64,000 nt of DNA, from assembly GCF_003704095.1 (NCBI RefSeq), contig NW_020846086.1, forward strand, positions 496,001 to 560,000, read 5' to 3'. Source of the stretch: Pocillopora damicornis (taxonomy: Eukaryota). The stretch's first letter is position 1. Each line of letters starts with the position of its first letter. Shown here piece by piece: positions 13,338 to 24,772 of this stretch. Both the position numbers and the translations under genes were made by a program. Under the pieces are notes generated by a model, which saw only the letters and a program-made list of their open reading frames with translations, ran no database searches and was not told the origin of the DNA.

Positions 13338-15420
13338 GACGTACCGTCCCATACCTTCTCCTGTGTGTGCTCAGAATGGTTTCCGCACTCCGCGACACGG
13401 AATGATAATTACCTTTTCGTGTGAGAGTATAATGCCTGACACAGCACAGTCTCAGTATTAAATCTGTTCTAATTGCGGTTGGCGTAAAGTGGGAAATAGC
13501 GTTTTTTTGCGTCAGTCTTCCCAGATTTGATGGAGTGCAATAAAATTTCCCCAATAAACTGGCCATACAAGAAAAATAATCAAGATTTTCAGGCGATATT
13601 TAATGACAGGCTCGTGAAATCTGTATAATCAAAGCCGCAATCTCGGTTGAAATGTCGAGCGTTATTTGAAAAGGAGAAACTTATAGCAATTCAATTAAGA
13701 TAATTCAGTTTCTCTTGGATAATTACAATGTTACTTTGTATTTGTCGAATCGAAATGAGACTTGTGAGATCATTTTCCTTCTGACAGGGCTTATTTGCAA
13801 TTGAAAATTAAATATTTGTCGGCCCAGAATTGATCAATAAGGGCTGAAGATATTTAACAACGGCGACAAAATGACGCGTCAGTCTCAATCGCAGAGAAAA
13901 GTGGAAAGTACTGTTATCGTGAAAAAGCAAAATTGACCTTGATTTCACGAATATTTGATTAAAAATTTTTCGTGCTCTATCGGAGATAATTTTTCTTTCA
14001 GAAAAGTCAGTTCCAATCGGATTTTCACATCTTTGACATCTAGCGCATCCGTAGTAATATGATTTTGAGATTACTTATCTCTAACGCTGTTTTAATTTGT
14101 CGGATTGATATTTTTGCATCTTCTTCGCGATCTTTTGTTTTTTCTTCTAATAGCACTGACAAATCCTCGTAATTTCGTTTGTCATGAAACATTTCACAAC
14201 AAACCTGGTTTCTCTGAGATAAAACATCTTAAATAGAAAGAACACTATGAAGAAAGTGAAATTAGTGCAATGATAAAATAGGTATTGCCATCAGTGTCCT
14301 ATCGTATCTGATCGTAGACGAAATTACCCAGCCTAGTAAATTATTGTCAGTTCTTAAAATGTTTTCGCGTTTGATCATCCTTCCTGCGCTCTGACAGTCG
14401 ATGTTTGTGTTTTACTTTGTAACATCGAAATCAACTCTCTACATTTCCCCTGTCAGTTAAGATATTCAAAGGCGCTTAATTCTGGGCGAATTAGAGTTCG
14501 CTAGTCTCAATTGCTACCAATCATTCAGGGCATATCCGGTCATCAACATGAAAAACAGCAATAAAGTATCATCTTTTGTGTTTGATTTGTTCTACTCTGG
14601 CCTGTGACTGATTCGTCGTACGAGGGGAGGGTAAAGAGCTTTCTAAGGTGTTGGATCTCTTGGAGAATGAGCCGATTCACTGGTTTAACAACGAAGTTGC
14701 TAAGCAGGTGCCTTTATCGATCAGGAAAAAAGAAAAATGAAAACATTTCGCCGAGTTAATAAGGCACTTCTCTCCCAGGCGGAAATTTGGGGGATAACAA
14801 TGCTATTGTTCCGTTTTGCAGATTTATTTTTTACCCATATTATTCAATTATCGGAATCGATAAGTGTAGGCGTTTTTTCCTTTTTCTCTTCTTTTCTGCA
14901 CAGATTGGATTCATTCGAAATGTGAATTGCCACTCACAGCCTCCAAAAATCAGACAATGACTCACCCACATTTTCGTGAGATCCTTATGGATTTGAAGCT
15001 TAAATTCTTCCTTTCAAATATCCGACCCACGAATTACGCATATCATCGAGGATTTCATTCTTAAACCAGTAATGTTTAGTTTCTAACGCAATCATTTGCA
15101 TACAGCTGTCACGTATATTTTCACGGAGTGTGTACACAGATCTGTCAGATTGGGGGATTTTAATGTCACATGAGATTTATCAAAGTTTCTCGTTCTCGTT
15201 CAAACAATAAACCCGGTTCGCTCCGCGCGCTAAACTGCCTGCTGTCAAATCAGACAAAAGAGCCGAGTGTTCGACCAATTGACTTAGTTAGTCTACGTTG
15301 ATACTTCAGTCAGATGTCACTGCCTTGAAACTTAATTTAACATTGACGTGGGACGCAAATTAAGAGCAAAACCCTCGCATTTTAGTATTACATCTCCAGA
15401 AAGGTCGACAGGCGACAGAC

Positions 15421-17073
15421 ATGGAAAACAATACTAACGGCACTACCGCAAATGCAACCCGGTCCGAAAGTGACATGGATCCGAAGTGGATTGGCATTTT
15501 AGAAGCTTCGGTCTTATTTTGCATCATGTTGCTCGCAATCATTGGGAATTTTCTTGTTATTGCAGTGGTTTATCGCCGACGGGAGTTGCGCCGTACAGAA
15601 ACTCATATGTTTATCGTAAATTTAAGCTTGACAGATATCTTCGTCGCCCTCTTGTGCATGCCTTTCTCCTTGATAACTGCCGTGACGCAAGAGTGGATCT
15701 TTAGTTACTCGCTTTGTCAGTTAAACGGTTTTCTGAATGTGTTCTTTCTACTCACTTCAATATTAACCCTAACGGCTATTAGCATTCACAAGTACATCGG
15801 AGTAGTCAAACCTACCCAAAGAAAAATATTCACCAGAAAGACGACACTAATTGCAGTTGCCTGGGTTTGGTTGCAAGCACTTCTGACGGCGCTTACACCG
15901 ATTCTCGGTTGGAACAGCTACGAGTATATTCAAGGGCGAACACAGTGCTCTGTCAAAGTCCCTCGTGAAAACAAACTCAGTGAGTTAACAAACTGTCTGT
16001 TCATTATCATTTGCGGCTTTGTAATTCCGCTCGCAATAATGAATTTCTCGTACTTTAAAATTTTCCGAACCGTGAAGATTCATACGAAACGCGTACGAAG
16101 TCATTCCTTTGGCGAGGAAAAATCAGCCTTCTTGAACGAGAGACGCATTACAGTAACGCTGTTTATAATACTTGCTGTATTCCTTGCCTGCTGGACTCCA
16201 TTCTCTGTTCTTACGATTTACGCCACTCTAGTGGGGCATGAGCTGCCAAAATATTATTCCGTCGCCGCCTACTGGATGGGTTTTTTGAATTCTGCGATGA
16301 ATCCCTTGATATACGCGCTCCGCACGAAAGAATTCCGCCAAGGCTACCAACAAATCCTTAGCATATTGCTTCCTTGCTGCTTGGCCAAGGCAACTTCGAA
16401 AGAAAACGATTCTATAGCTGTTCTGAGAGGAAGAAGGAGCCTGAAGAGTGAAGTACTGACGTTCAAACGAAGACGCGCAGGTACAGAAAGTGAAAATCAG
16501 TTCGATGAGATACCCGATGTTGCTGTAAATGGAATAACTAACGCGTTGGAACGAAAAAACACGCTCGCAGAAGTTTTGGCTGATGAGAGTGATGGCGCTA
16601 AATGCAAAACAGAAAGCGAATTTACCATTAGAAGCAAAGAAATGCCTGGAATTCACGAAAGCTGTTATTCTGCTCAAGATCTATTGATTGCTCAGGATAA
16701 TCCAGAGAAAATTCGAGATGGAGATTCTCTAAATAGCGACGAAACAAAAAAGAACGGAATTCCTGGAAGTAATGAAGCATCTTACGATGACTTATCTCCA
16801 ACAAGAGAAAAAAAGTTTCTTTGGAATTCTACAGATTTTCTTTGGGAGAAAGCCTCTAACAAGAACTCTAAAGAGGACGTGAAAAGTCGACGCAAAAGCT
16901 TTTCATTTTTACCCGTAAGTCAGCAAAAACAAAAACTCAAGAGTCGTCATCTGTATCGCTCAAAAAGCGACTGCAGCGTGCATTTCCAGACGCTTAATGG
17001 CGAAAGAAGTTCTATAAGTCCTCAAGGTAAATACATATCCTTAGCTACAGGGAAATCTGATGTATTTGAATAA
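15421..17073 (+). CDS. Intronless rhodopsin-class (class A) GPCR, 550 aa with long C-terminal tail
   Basis: N-terminal glycosylation sites, GNFLV (TM1), NLSLTD (TM2), C-x-LNGF (TM3), SIHKY in place of DRY, PILGW, CWTP (TM6), NSAMNPLIY (TM7), helix 8 EFR and PCC. Confidence 0.93.
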   Translation: MENNTNGTTANATRSESDMDPKWIGILEASVLFCIMLLAIIGNFLVIAVVYRRRELRRTETHMFIVNLSLTDIFVALLCMPFSLITAVTQEWIFSYSLCQLNGFLNVFFLLTSILTLTAISIHKYIGVVKPTQRKIFTRKTTLIAVAWVWLQALLTALTPILGWNSYEYIQGRTQCSVKVPRENKLSELTNCLFIIICGFVIPLAIMNFSYFKIFRTVKIHTKRVRSHSFGEEKSAFLNERRITVTLFIILAVFLACWTPFSVLTIYATLVGHELPKYYSVAAYWMGFLNSAMNPLIYALRTKEFRQGYQQILSILLPCCLAKATSKENDSIAVLRGRRSLKSEVLTFKRRRAGTESENQFDEIPDVAVNGITNALERKNTLAEVLADESDGAKCKTESEFTIRSKEMPGIHESCYSAQDLLIAQDNPEKIRDGDSLNSDETKKNGIPGSNEASYDDLSPTREKKFLWNSTDFLWEKASNKNSKEDVKSRRKSFSFLPVSQQKQKLKSRHLYRSKSDCSVHFQTLNGERSSISPQGKYISLATGKSDVFE

Positions 17074-17841
17074 CATTTCCCTAATGGATGTATAGAGAAG
17101 TCCTTTATAAATACTGCTGCCTTGATTACCAGCAAGTTACAAAGCCAAGGACTGTTACTAGGATTTCAAGGATATTAACTGCTAAAGACGGAAACACGCA
17201 TACTAAAGAATTATGCGAGCAGTGGATAAGACTATTTTGGCGGCATATATACGGAAAAAATGTGATGAATTCGCTCCACTTATGCACGAACAAACAATTG
17301 TAAATTGTAAGAATTAGTTTTGGTAAAATGAAATGTGTTTTGTTTCGAAGGATTTCGAAGGGCTGCTACGTCAAAACATACGATATGTTTACACTAGAGA
17401 ATTTTCGCCCCGAGTTATTCTTTGTATTTTTAGAACAGTTGCTGAATTGTTTTGCGCTTGAGTTTTTATATGAGCTATGACGTCGAATCAAAATAAAAGC
17501 TTTTTAAGAAGTGGGTAGTCTATGTAAACATATCTTTGTCACTGTTCCAATATTCAACTTTCATTGTAATCAGAAATTTTTACACAATACAATGTTTTTG
17601 TATGAACCCAGGGAGTAATAAAGTTTGTTTGACGTGGCATATCATAAAATACATACACCTGGTATTTAATTTTGAAATCGGCACGGAGAGGGCTAGGGTT
17701 AGGGTCAGGGGAGGGGAGTGATGGAAGGTTATTTTGCAACATGAGCGATATGATTAGTTTCTGTGCGAATGGGGTACCGAAAGGGAAAGATTTCTGGAGT
17801 GGAAGTATATACATCTAGATAATGCTAAGGACAGCTTTCAG

Positions 17842-17982
17842 ACAACTGGCTCATCCTGTCGCTTGTCCCGGTCAGTTTCAGTAGCATGAAATGATTACGA
17901 ATGTTGTTACTCCTCCCTGGACAATTTACCTCTCCCTTAACATTTCGTGGGGTTCCAGAAAGTTTGGCGAGATCTACTGAAA
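17842..17982. repeat. Copy A of a 141-bp inverted duplication (partner at 20372-20512)
   Basis: Reverse complement matches 20372-20512 at 139/141 positions. Confidence 0.9.
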
Positions 17983-18232
17983 GGGTGAAGTTTCTTGCCA
18001 TTGAACACGACAAAAATGACCTTGCTGAGGCTTCAAAGCGGACCTTTCGGTCGAGATAGCTTATGGCCTGTTCACGCAGAGTGCGACCAAAACTGCAAGG
18101 CTTCCTTATTACAGCCTTTTTGGGCCTAGTGAAGAATAAAAGTACCAGCAATTCTTACAAAAAATTTAATCTCACTGTTGTCCACTTAGCTCGACAATTT
18201 AAACTCGCTCTAAATTTATGACACTATCACAG

Positions 18233-21200
18233 TCAGTAAGCTCTATTGATAACGATTTCCACTTTATCTTGCCCGTGACTGTACAAGTCCAACACAAATA
18301 CCATTCTTCGCTCTTTTAATTCCTCGTAAGCGTAATTTAAGAGCCTTTCCACAGGACATCTGTTTGGAAAGGCTCCCGTTGCCAAAGCGGTCACAAAAAC
18401 GTCGCTTTCTCCACTTACATCCTCCTTTGTCGTGGAATACTGGGGTAAAAATATCGCATTTACGATCGCTCGTCGATTGAGACCCGCTATCATAAGCCTC
18501 CAGTGACCTTCGGCGTTCACGAAGTCTTGCCGATCAGCAGTCGGTACTACTTCGACATCCGTGAGTCCTCGACTGCAAAGTTTTGGAAGAGTGTTTTCGT
18601 GCAAGCTTGGGTTCCACAATCCAAGAAAAGGTATGTCAGACGCTATGTGCGTCCACGATTGATCCATAATTCTGAATGGGTAGTATTTAACTACTTCGCT
18701 AGAAGCAGAAGAACTTGACGAATTTTTACCTCTCTTTCCTGACCGCTCAATGCCTTTTGAAACCTTTTCCCCCTCTCTACTTACACTGGTGGACGCTTGC
18801 TTTGTTGACACCGCTTTCCGTCTCGCTTTTTTTGGCGGATAAGCGAGTCGCTTTTTTGCTTTTCGTTTCTGATTGGAGATCATTTTCTCAGTACCAACTT
18901 TACGCGATCTCGTCTTGATTCGAACGTTCTTTGGACCACGGTAAACTGGACGAAAGGATAGAACAACACCATTTGAAACTAAAACAAGAAGAAAAATGTT
19001 TGAAATGTTTGCGCACAACCTAGGAGAACTGGGGCTAGGTACATCAGTAAAGTCGAAGCTTACTAGTAAATTCCCCATGGACAAAGAAATGCTGCGATAG
19101 AACAATTTTCAAGAGCGTGTCGAAAGTACTATGGATCTGCTTTGCTTTACTTCGCTATGTAGTAAGTTCAGAAAACTCATAGCGTCTTTAACAACAATCA
19201 TTCAAAACCAATGCAAAAACGACATAATCATTCGCGTTTACGTTTGCCTCACGCATTTTGCTTGTTTTTATCTCTTGTAAAATTGTTCCTTTCCTCTGAC
19301 TGGCTAATGTTATTTCCTCGGTTTGCATTTTATCACTCACAACTCAGTTCAGTTCTTCGAATTAAGAACTTTCTAAATATTTGATAAAATGAATCAGTAA
19401 TTACCTTTCTTGCACTTCCTTCTGGGATTAATTCTTCTGGTGACGGTGTGATATTCTTTGCTTGAATTTGCTTTCATTTCACTACTTGAAGGGGCTGAAT
19501 CAACTTCAACTTCATACTCAGAATCGTCTTCGATCTCCGAATCCCATGCTATAGATAAACAAGCAGTTGTTATACCGTCGATTGTATCTACCCCTGCACG
19601 CCCGTTATTCAGACATGTGCTGTTGGCCTATCAAACTTAAGTGTTTTGACAGCAAACTTCGAGCCGTGCGAGATCTATCACTTGATTTCGTAATTCGGTG
19701 GATAGGGATACGACACATTTGAAATTTCTTCCTTGTACGTTGCCAGCAAACGCCATTGCCGACAACCATCAACAAGCGCGAAAACCTTTCAAGTAAGCAG
19801 GTAACGTAAACTTTCACCCAAATGGGAGAAAACTTTGAAGTTTTTCTGTGCAAACATTGAAGTTTCATAGGCCAACAGAAAATGTTTTCACCACGTGCAA
19901 GAAAGGCGTCTATGCAATCGATGATATCATTCCACGCACATGTAACATAATAACTGTGTTCGATAGATGAGCGTTCCAAGCATTTATTTCGAGGGGGAAG
20001 GGGAAGGGGTTTATTAAACTGATGAGCACAATAACAGAGTTTGTGTTCCATCTAAATCTCGATACGACATGACCACAAGTTTGCTGAAAAACCACTGAAT
20101 TCACTGAGCTTGTGAAACAATGACATGAAAAAATGGCCGAAGTTTAGCCTCGTTGATTCTTTTTGGGGGTGGGGAAAGTGAGTTTATGGATATCTAGTTA
20201 CCGGTAGTCTCCATTCAAGAAAATGTAGAGAAATGAGACTTTGCAGATATCCAACCTTAATATGTTATCTGAACAAACTTGACCTTACTTCCCTTATTTC
20301 CACTGTCAAAAGACAGTTCTATGAGTCTGGTGTTGTCAGAACTGCAGGAACACTATTTTCACGTTGAGTAGTTTCAGTAGATCTCGCCAAACTTTCTGGA
20401 ACCCCACGAAATGTTAAGGGAGAGGTAACTTGTCCAGGGAGGAGTAACAACATTCGTAATCATTTCGTGCTACTGAAACTGACCGGGACAAGCGACAGGA
20501 TGAGCCAGTTGTTACTCACTATGAGAATTTTATGCTTCCACATTAAGCACAAAAGAAACAAAATACTAACATCAATCCACTCTAATATTTTAATAAATTA
20601 ATAATTAAAACTAAAGGGAGCATAATTAGCATTCAAATTCATGAGTTTAACACAGGTGGGATGCATGTGCAAGAAAAATCATGTCTGACTAAATCTCTTT
20701 TAGTCCAAACTTCTTCAGAGTTTCATAATTTGAATTAAATGTTTAATCACTTACTTTTCTCTTGTCCATTTTGTGTTGTATTGGATGTCTTCTTTCTCAT
20801 CTTTAAAGAATAAGAACCAGACCTGCTGGTTTGGCTGCTTGAAGGAATTGATCCATTTTCATCTGAAAGAAAAGAAACAAAACACCACTCTTTGTTAAAA
20901 TTCCCATGTCTTTCTCACAAAATGACTAATGCATGATGTGAGCAATAGTGGGCTGCATGTGAAAACACAATCTGGTGCTTGAACCAAAGTGTGTCAATCT
21001 CTTCTGTACCCTGTCCTTTGAGCCATCACTTTTCCCAACTTGCACAATAACTTTAATTATAATAGATTTGAGTCAAAAGCTGAACAGAACAGGATAAAAA
21101 AACTTGTGAACAAAATAATAGTTTTCTACTAACCATACTGGCCAGTGAAAGTGGATTCCCTGATGGTTTTGTCACTGTGGCAGGTCTCACAAAGCTGGTA

Positions 21201-24200
21201 ACAGCTGATCTCCCCAGATGACTGCCACAAACTTTCTTCATTGCTTACTGCAGGAACAAACTCCAGGGCTACAACTATGCCCTGAATGTGCAGCCGTAAG
21301 TGTTCTCTGAAATGAACCTCTCTCAGAATAAACCCAAGGTTAACTGTGGTTATTAGATCCATTGGTGCCTCAGGAGAAAATGTTCTCTTGTACAAATCAA
21401 GAGACTCAGGGAGGGGTGGAAAGTCATAGTACCCACCCACACAAGACTTTCTGAGAAGCTGTTTAGCATCTGTAGTTTGACGCCATCTGATGACTTCATT
21501 TACAGCTTCCGCTTCAGTAAAGGGTTTGTCTTTCACATCCAATGGCTGTCTCAAAAGGTAAACCTGTGATTCTCTAGTTGTTGTAAGGTAGCATAATTTG
21601 CGGTGTTTCGATGCCTGAGGCTCAATTTTAAGCAGCATTCGTGCACAAACGAGAACCGTTCCTGGTGTGATGGCATCAAAGACTTGGGGTTGTGAGGAAG
21701 CATACAGATGGAGAATAAATGGCACAGAGCTTGTACCTAAAGTACAAATGGAGAACTACTCAGTCAAACAAGAAATGTTATCATCGTGTCAGATTGGAGG
21801 ACTGTCTCTAACAGTTTAACAAGGCTGTGGTTTAAGAAGAACCACTAAGTGCCTAAGGGTAGTGATGTAATAAATTCAGCTGTTTCACAATCAAGGGTAC
21901 ATTTTTGAGGTCAGGAATGGGTCAAAAATAAAATTTCATGTTTCAAGAAATAAAAGTAATCTGTAGGTAGCTTTATTCCCAGAGTGTACCATCCTGAAAT
22001 ATCTTTGCACAAACTGCCTTACTTCCATTTAAAGAGGTCACTTTAGAATGACCTTTAAGGGGGGTATGGACACTACATTCTTCATTTCTGATACATTCTT
22101 CATGTAAAATTTTGTCTATAATGCATCTAGTTTTCACATGTCCCTATGGTAAGCAATGTAGGAGCACTATTTGTGACAGAAAAACATTTATCTTTCAATT
22201 TTAATTACATCAACAGAAATTTATTTGGAAACCTATAATGTAACTACAAAAGCAGTGGAAAATATTCATATTTTAACTTGCTTCCTTTTTTTAGCATTTT
22301 TTCTGGCTTCTTGTTTCTTTGCTGCTGATGATCTACCAGGTTTGGCCAACTGTGTTACCTGGGATTCCTTTTTCTACTCCCTATAAATTTTCATCTCAAG
22401 CCTTTTTTCTCTCTCTTTCTGCCTTCTTAACAAATGTTGGTGCTCAAGGTACTCCTTCCTTGCCTGTCTACTCTTTTTCTTTCTTTCTCTATCTTTCCGA
22501 TGTGCTTCAGCAAGACGAACAGGGTCTTCCTTAATTCTTGCCCTTTGCCTTTGCTTCTTAAATGCATAGAGCATTTTTTAACCGCATAATCCATAATTCT
22601 GCCAAATTGTGACCAATTTCCACAATTTTTTTTCATTTTGTTCAGTACAAGGTTCTCTTCCATACTATGTCATAATACATTTCCTGCTTGTTACCAGTTT
22701 AAAAATAAAAGCTTGTAACATCACTCAAGGAAAAAGGGTTCCCTTGATTGTGAAACAACTGAGCAATAAAATATTCAAGTTGTACAAGTTGCTCAACAAT
22801 AAAAGGTAGTCACCCTTAATGACAAACAATTTTCAGTAGAACACAACCCCAATTAGTCCATAATTATAAACACCTAGCTGTGCTAATCAACCTGAAGTTC
22901 TGATGAAAAAGAAGCAAGAAAAACTAATTCTTTATAAATTTTGTAACCAAGCTAGAGTGAACATACATGTACAGTAACTTAGGCAAATACAGCAAGAGAC
23001 TAACTCGCATCCTCTTACCATCTAGCAGGTGCACCCATTTACTGGTCCAGAAAGACAACTTGTTCCCCTTTCTTTTTCTGCTGTCTCGGCTGACAAACAT
23101 CACAACTCCCACAACATCACATATTAAGCCTGAACAGTAGTTTGCAACTGATCTCCGTTCAATAAATCTGCAAGAAACCCATCAGAAACAAAAAAATTGC
23201 TTATCTCTGGGCATTGGATTGTTGCAGTGGCTGGATGTAAACAGAATAAATTTCCTGCCAATCATACACAAACACATTTATCAGTTTGTTATGTTGTTAC
23301 CAAGACAAGAATTAACAATAAACTATGATGAATGATGTGTTTTGTGGATAGTGTTGACGATTAGTTGACCAACAGTCCACTGATATCTGATTTATAGTTG
23401 ACTGATTGTTGACAGAGCCTCTTACAAACAATTAGCTGCAGTCTTGGTTGAGATTTCAACCGACTATTCCAAAAGATTTTGCCAACCATTGTCATTAGAG
23501 GTATGTTAATGAATATCGCACTACTGCAAAAAAAAACCTAACAGATCAAAGAAAGGGTCACGATGAAAAAAAATTTCAAAGAGTATTTTATAATTTCTTT
23601 TTCCATCTAGTTTTAAACATTTCTCACCTATAGGGTACACCAGGTAACCTCCATCCTGGTCCAAGCTCGTTCGGTGCCAGTTTATATACTTCTGCTGTTG
23701 GGTTAGTAGGATTCACAGATATCTCGATGCTCGTGGAAGCACTTGTATTGTAGACTGCGTTACTTCTTTGATTGAACCTTCGGTTTATACGGTAATTTAA
23801 GAGGGCCACAATGTCTCCTACTTGTAGATAGTTATACAAAAGCACGCAAAACGAACTCCAAATGCAAACAGAAACCGTCGCAGTGCGATCCTCAAGTTCA
23901 AGGTACGCTTGATAGGGATACCTTCTCTTCTCGTCCGAAGCTTTTCCGTAGTGATTCAGCCTAGTTTTGCTAACCACTCTCCCAATAAGTGCAGGAAATG
24001 GACGCGGAAGAGCTTTCCAAAACATATTAAGATCATGAATTGTGATTGCATTGGTTATAGGGTTCACAGGCTGCAAATCTGGAGCACTAAACCACCTCTC
24101 TCCAAAGCAGTCTTCGTCGTTCCATAACGGCAAATAGTAACCGCGAGAAGCTGCCAGTGGTATTTCTTGCTTTTCGTTAGGTGCTGCATCTTCGCAAAAT

Positions 24201-24580
24201 TGGATTTCCTCTCGGACTACATCACAATTCTCTGAGGCCAAATTTAAAATTTGAATACTTTGAAGAATGACGAAAGGCACTTGTTCCAACGATTCTTCGT
24301 CGATCAAAGAACTGCATTCGGTGACAGTCACAACAGAGTTTTCTCGCAGTTTGTTCTCGTAAACCAGCGAATTTAAAGAGGTTGACAACAAGCATTTCGT
24401 CTTGTAACGACCATCAGTAATGACAATGTCGAAAGCATCAGTAAAATCAGGGTCTAGAATTGGAAAGCTCCTGTCAACAATGTATCTGAAGATGTCCAAG
24501 ACTTTCACCGTAAATACTTCCTGCATTTCATCTCTGCCTGCAACGGTTTTTATCCGTGAAATACAGCCGGGAGTAAGCAT
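18233..24580 (-). CDS. RADX: RPA-related single-stranded DNA-binding protein RADX (CXorf57) homolog, ~900 aa, 6 exons
   Basis: Exons (minus): 24580-23628, 23167-23019, 21736-21134, 20862-20755, 19548-19405, 18978-18233. Phases agree and total 2703 nt. RPA70N-like N-terminal OB fold (ITDGRYKTKCLLS), YYLPLWNDED, ICDVVGVVMFVSR...FWTSKWVHLLDGTSSVPFILHLYASSQPQVF...YLTTTRESQVY and C-terminal FVLDLYSHGQDKVEIVINRAY resemble vertebrate RADX as I recall it. The exon 5 acceptor was chosen by phase. Confidence 0.88.
20372..20512. repeat. Copy B of the 141-bp inverted duplication, in RADX intron 4
   Basis: Reverse complement matches 17842-17982 at 139/141 positions. Confidence 0.9.
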
Positions 24581-24772
24581 CTTCAACTGAATTGATACTT
24601 GAACGTTTGGATGGAGTCCAACGCCATTCCTCCTTTTCAAACGACCTCATACCCAGGCCGACGTCAGACACTATTACGCGTCACGAATAAAGCCTGGATA
24701 AAAGCGTTTCGTGACACTCGGCTCGACTTAGTCTTCATCAACATCGACGCAAGTGTTGTAAACAAAGAAATT
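24581..24772. promoter_or_regulatory. Probable bidirectional promoter between RADX and FTCD
   Basis: Only 192 bp between divergent ATGs. CpG-rich. Dyad GTCACGAA (24680-24687) / TTCGTGAC (24708-24715) and GACGTCA at 24660. Confidence 0.75.

Noticed and set aside
17689-17716. Interstitial telomere (GGGCTAGGGTTAGGGTCAGGGG)
   Set aside because: Only one exact TTAGGG; more likely a G-rich repeat remnant.
19605-20086. 148-aa ORF in RADX intron 4
   Set aside because: It lies almost entirely within a segment bounded by short inverted ends (CAGCAAACTT / AAGTTTGCTG), has no recognisable domain and is not needed for the RADX reading frame.
24599-24772. ORF track implies overlapping N-terminal extensions of RADX and FTCD
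   Set aside because: Those ORFs begin at TTG. The first ATGs are at 24580 and 24773 and do not overlap.
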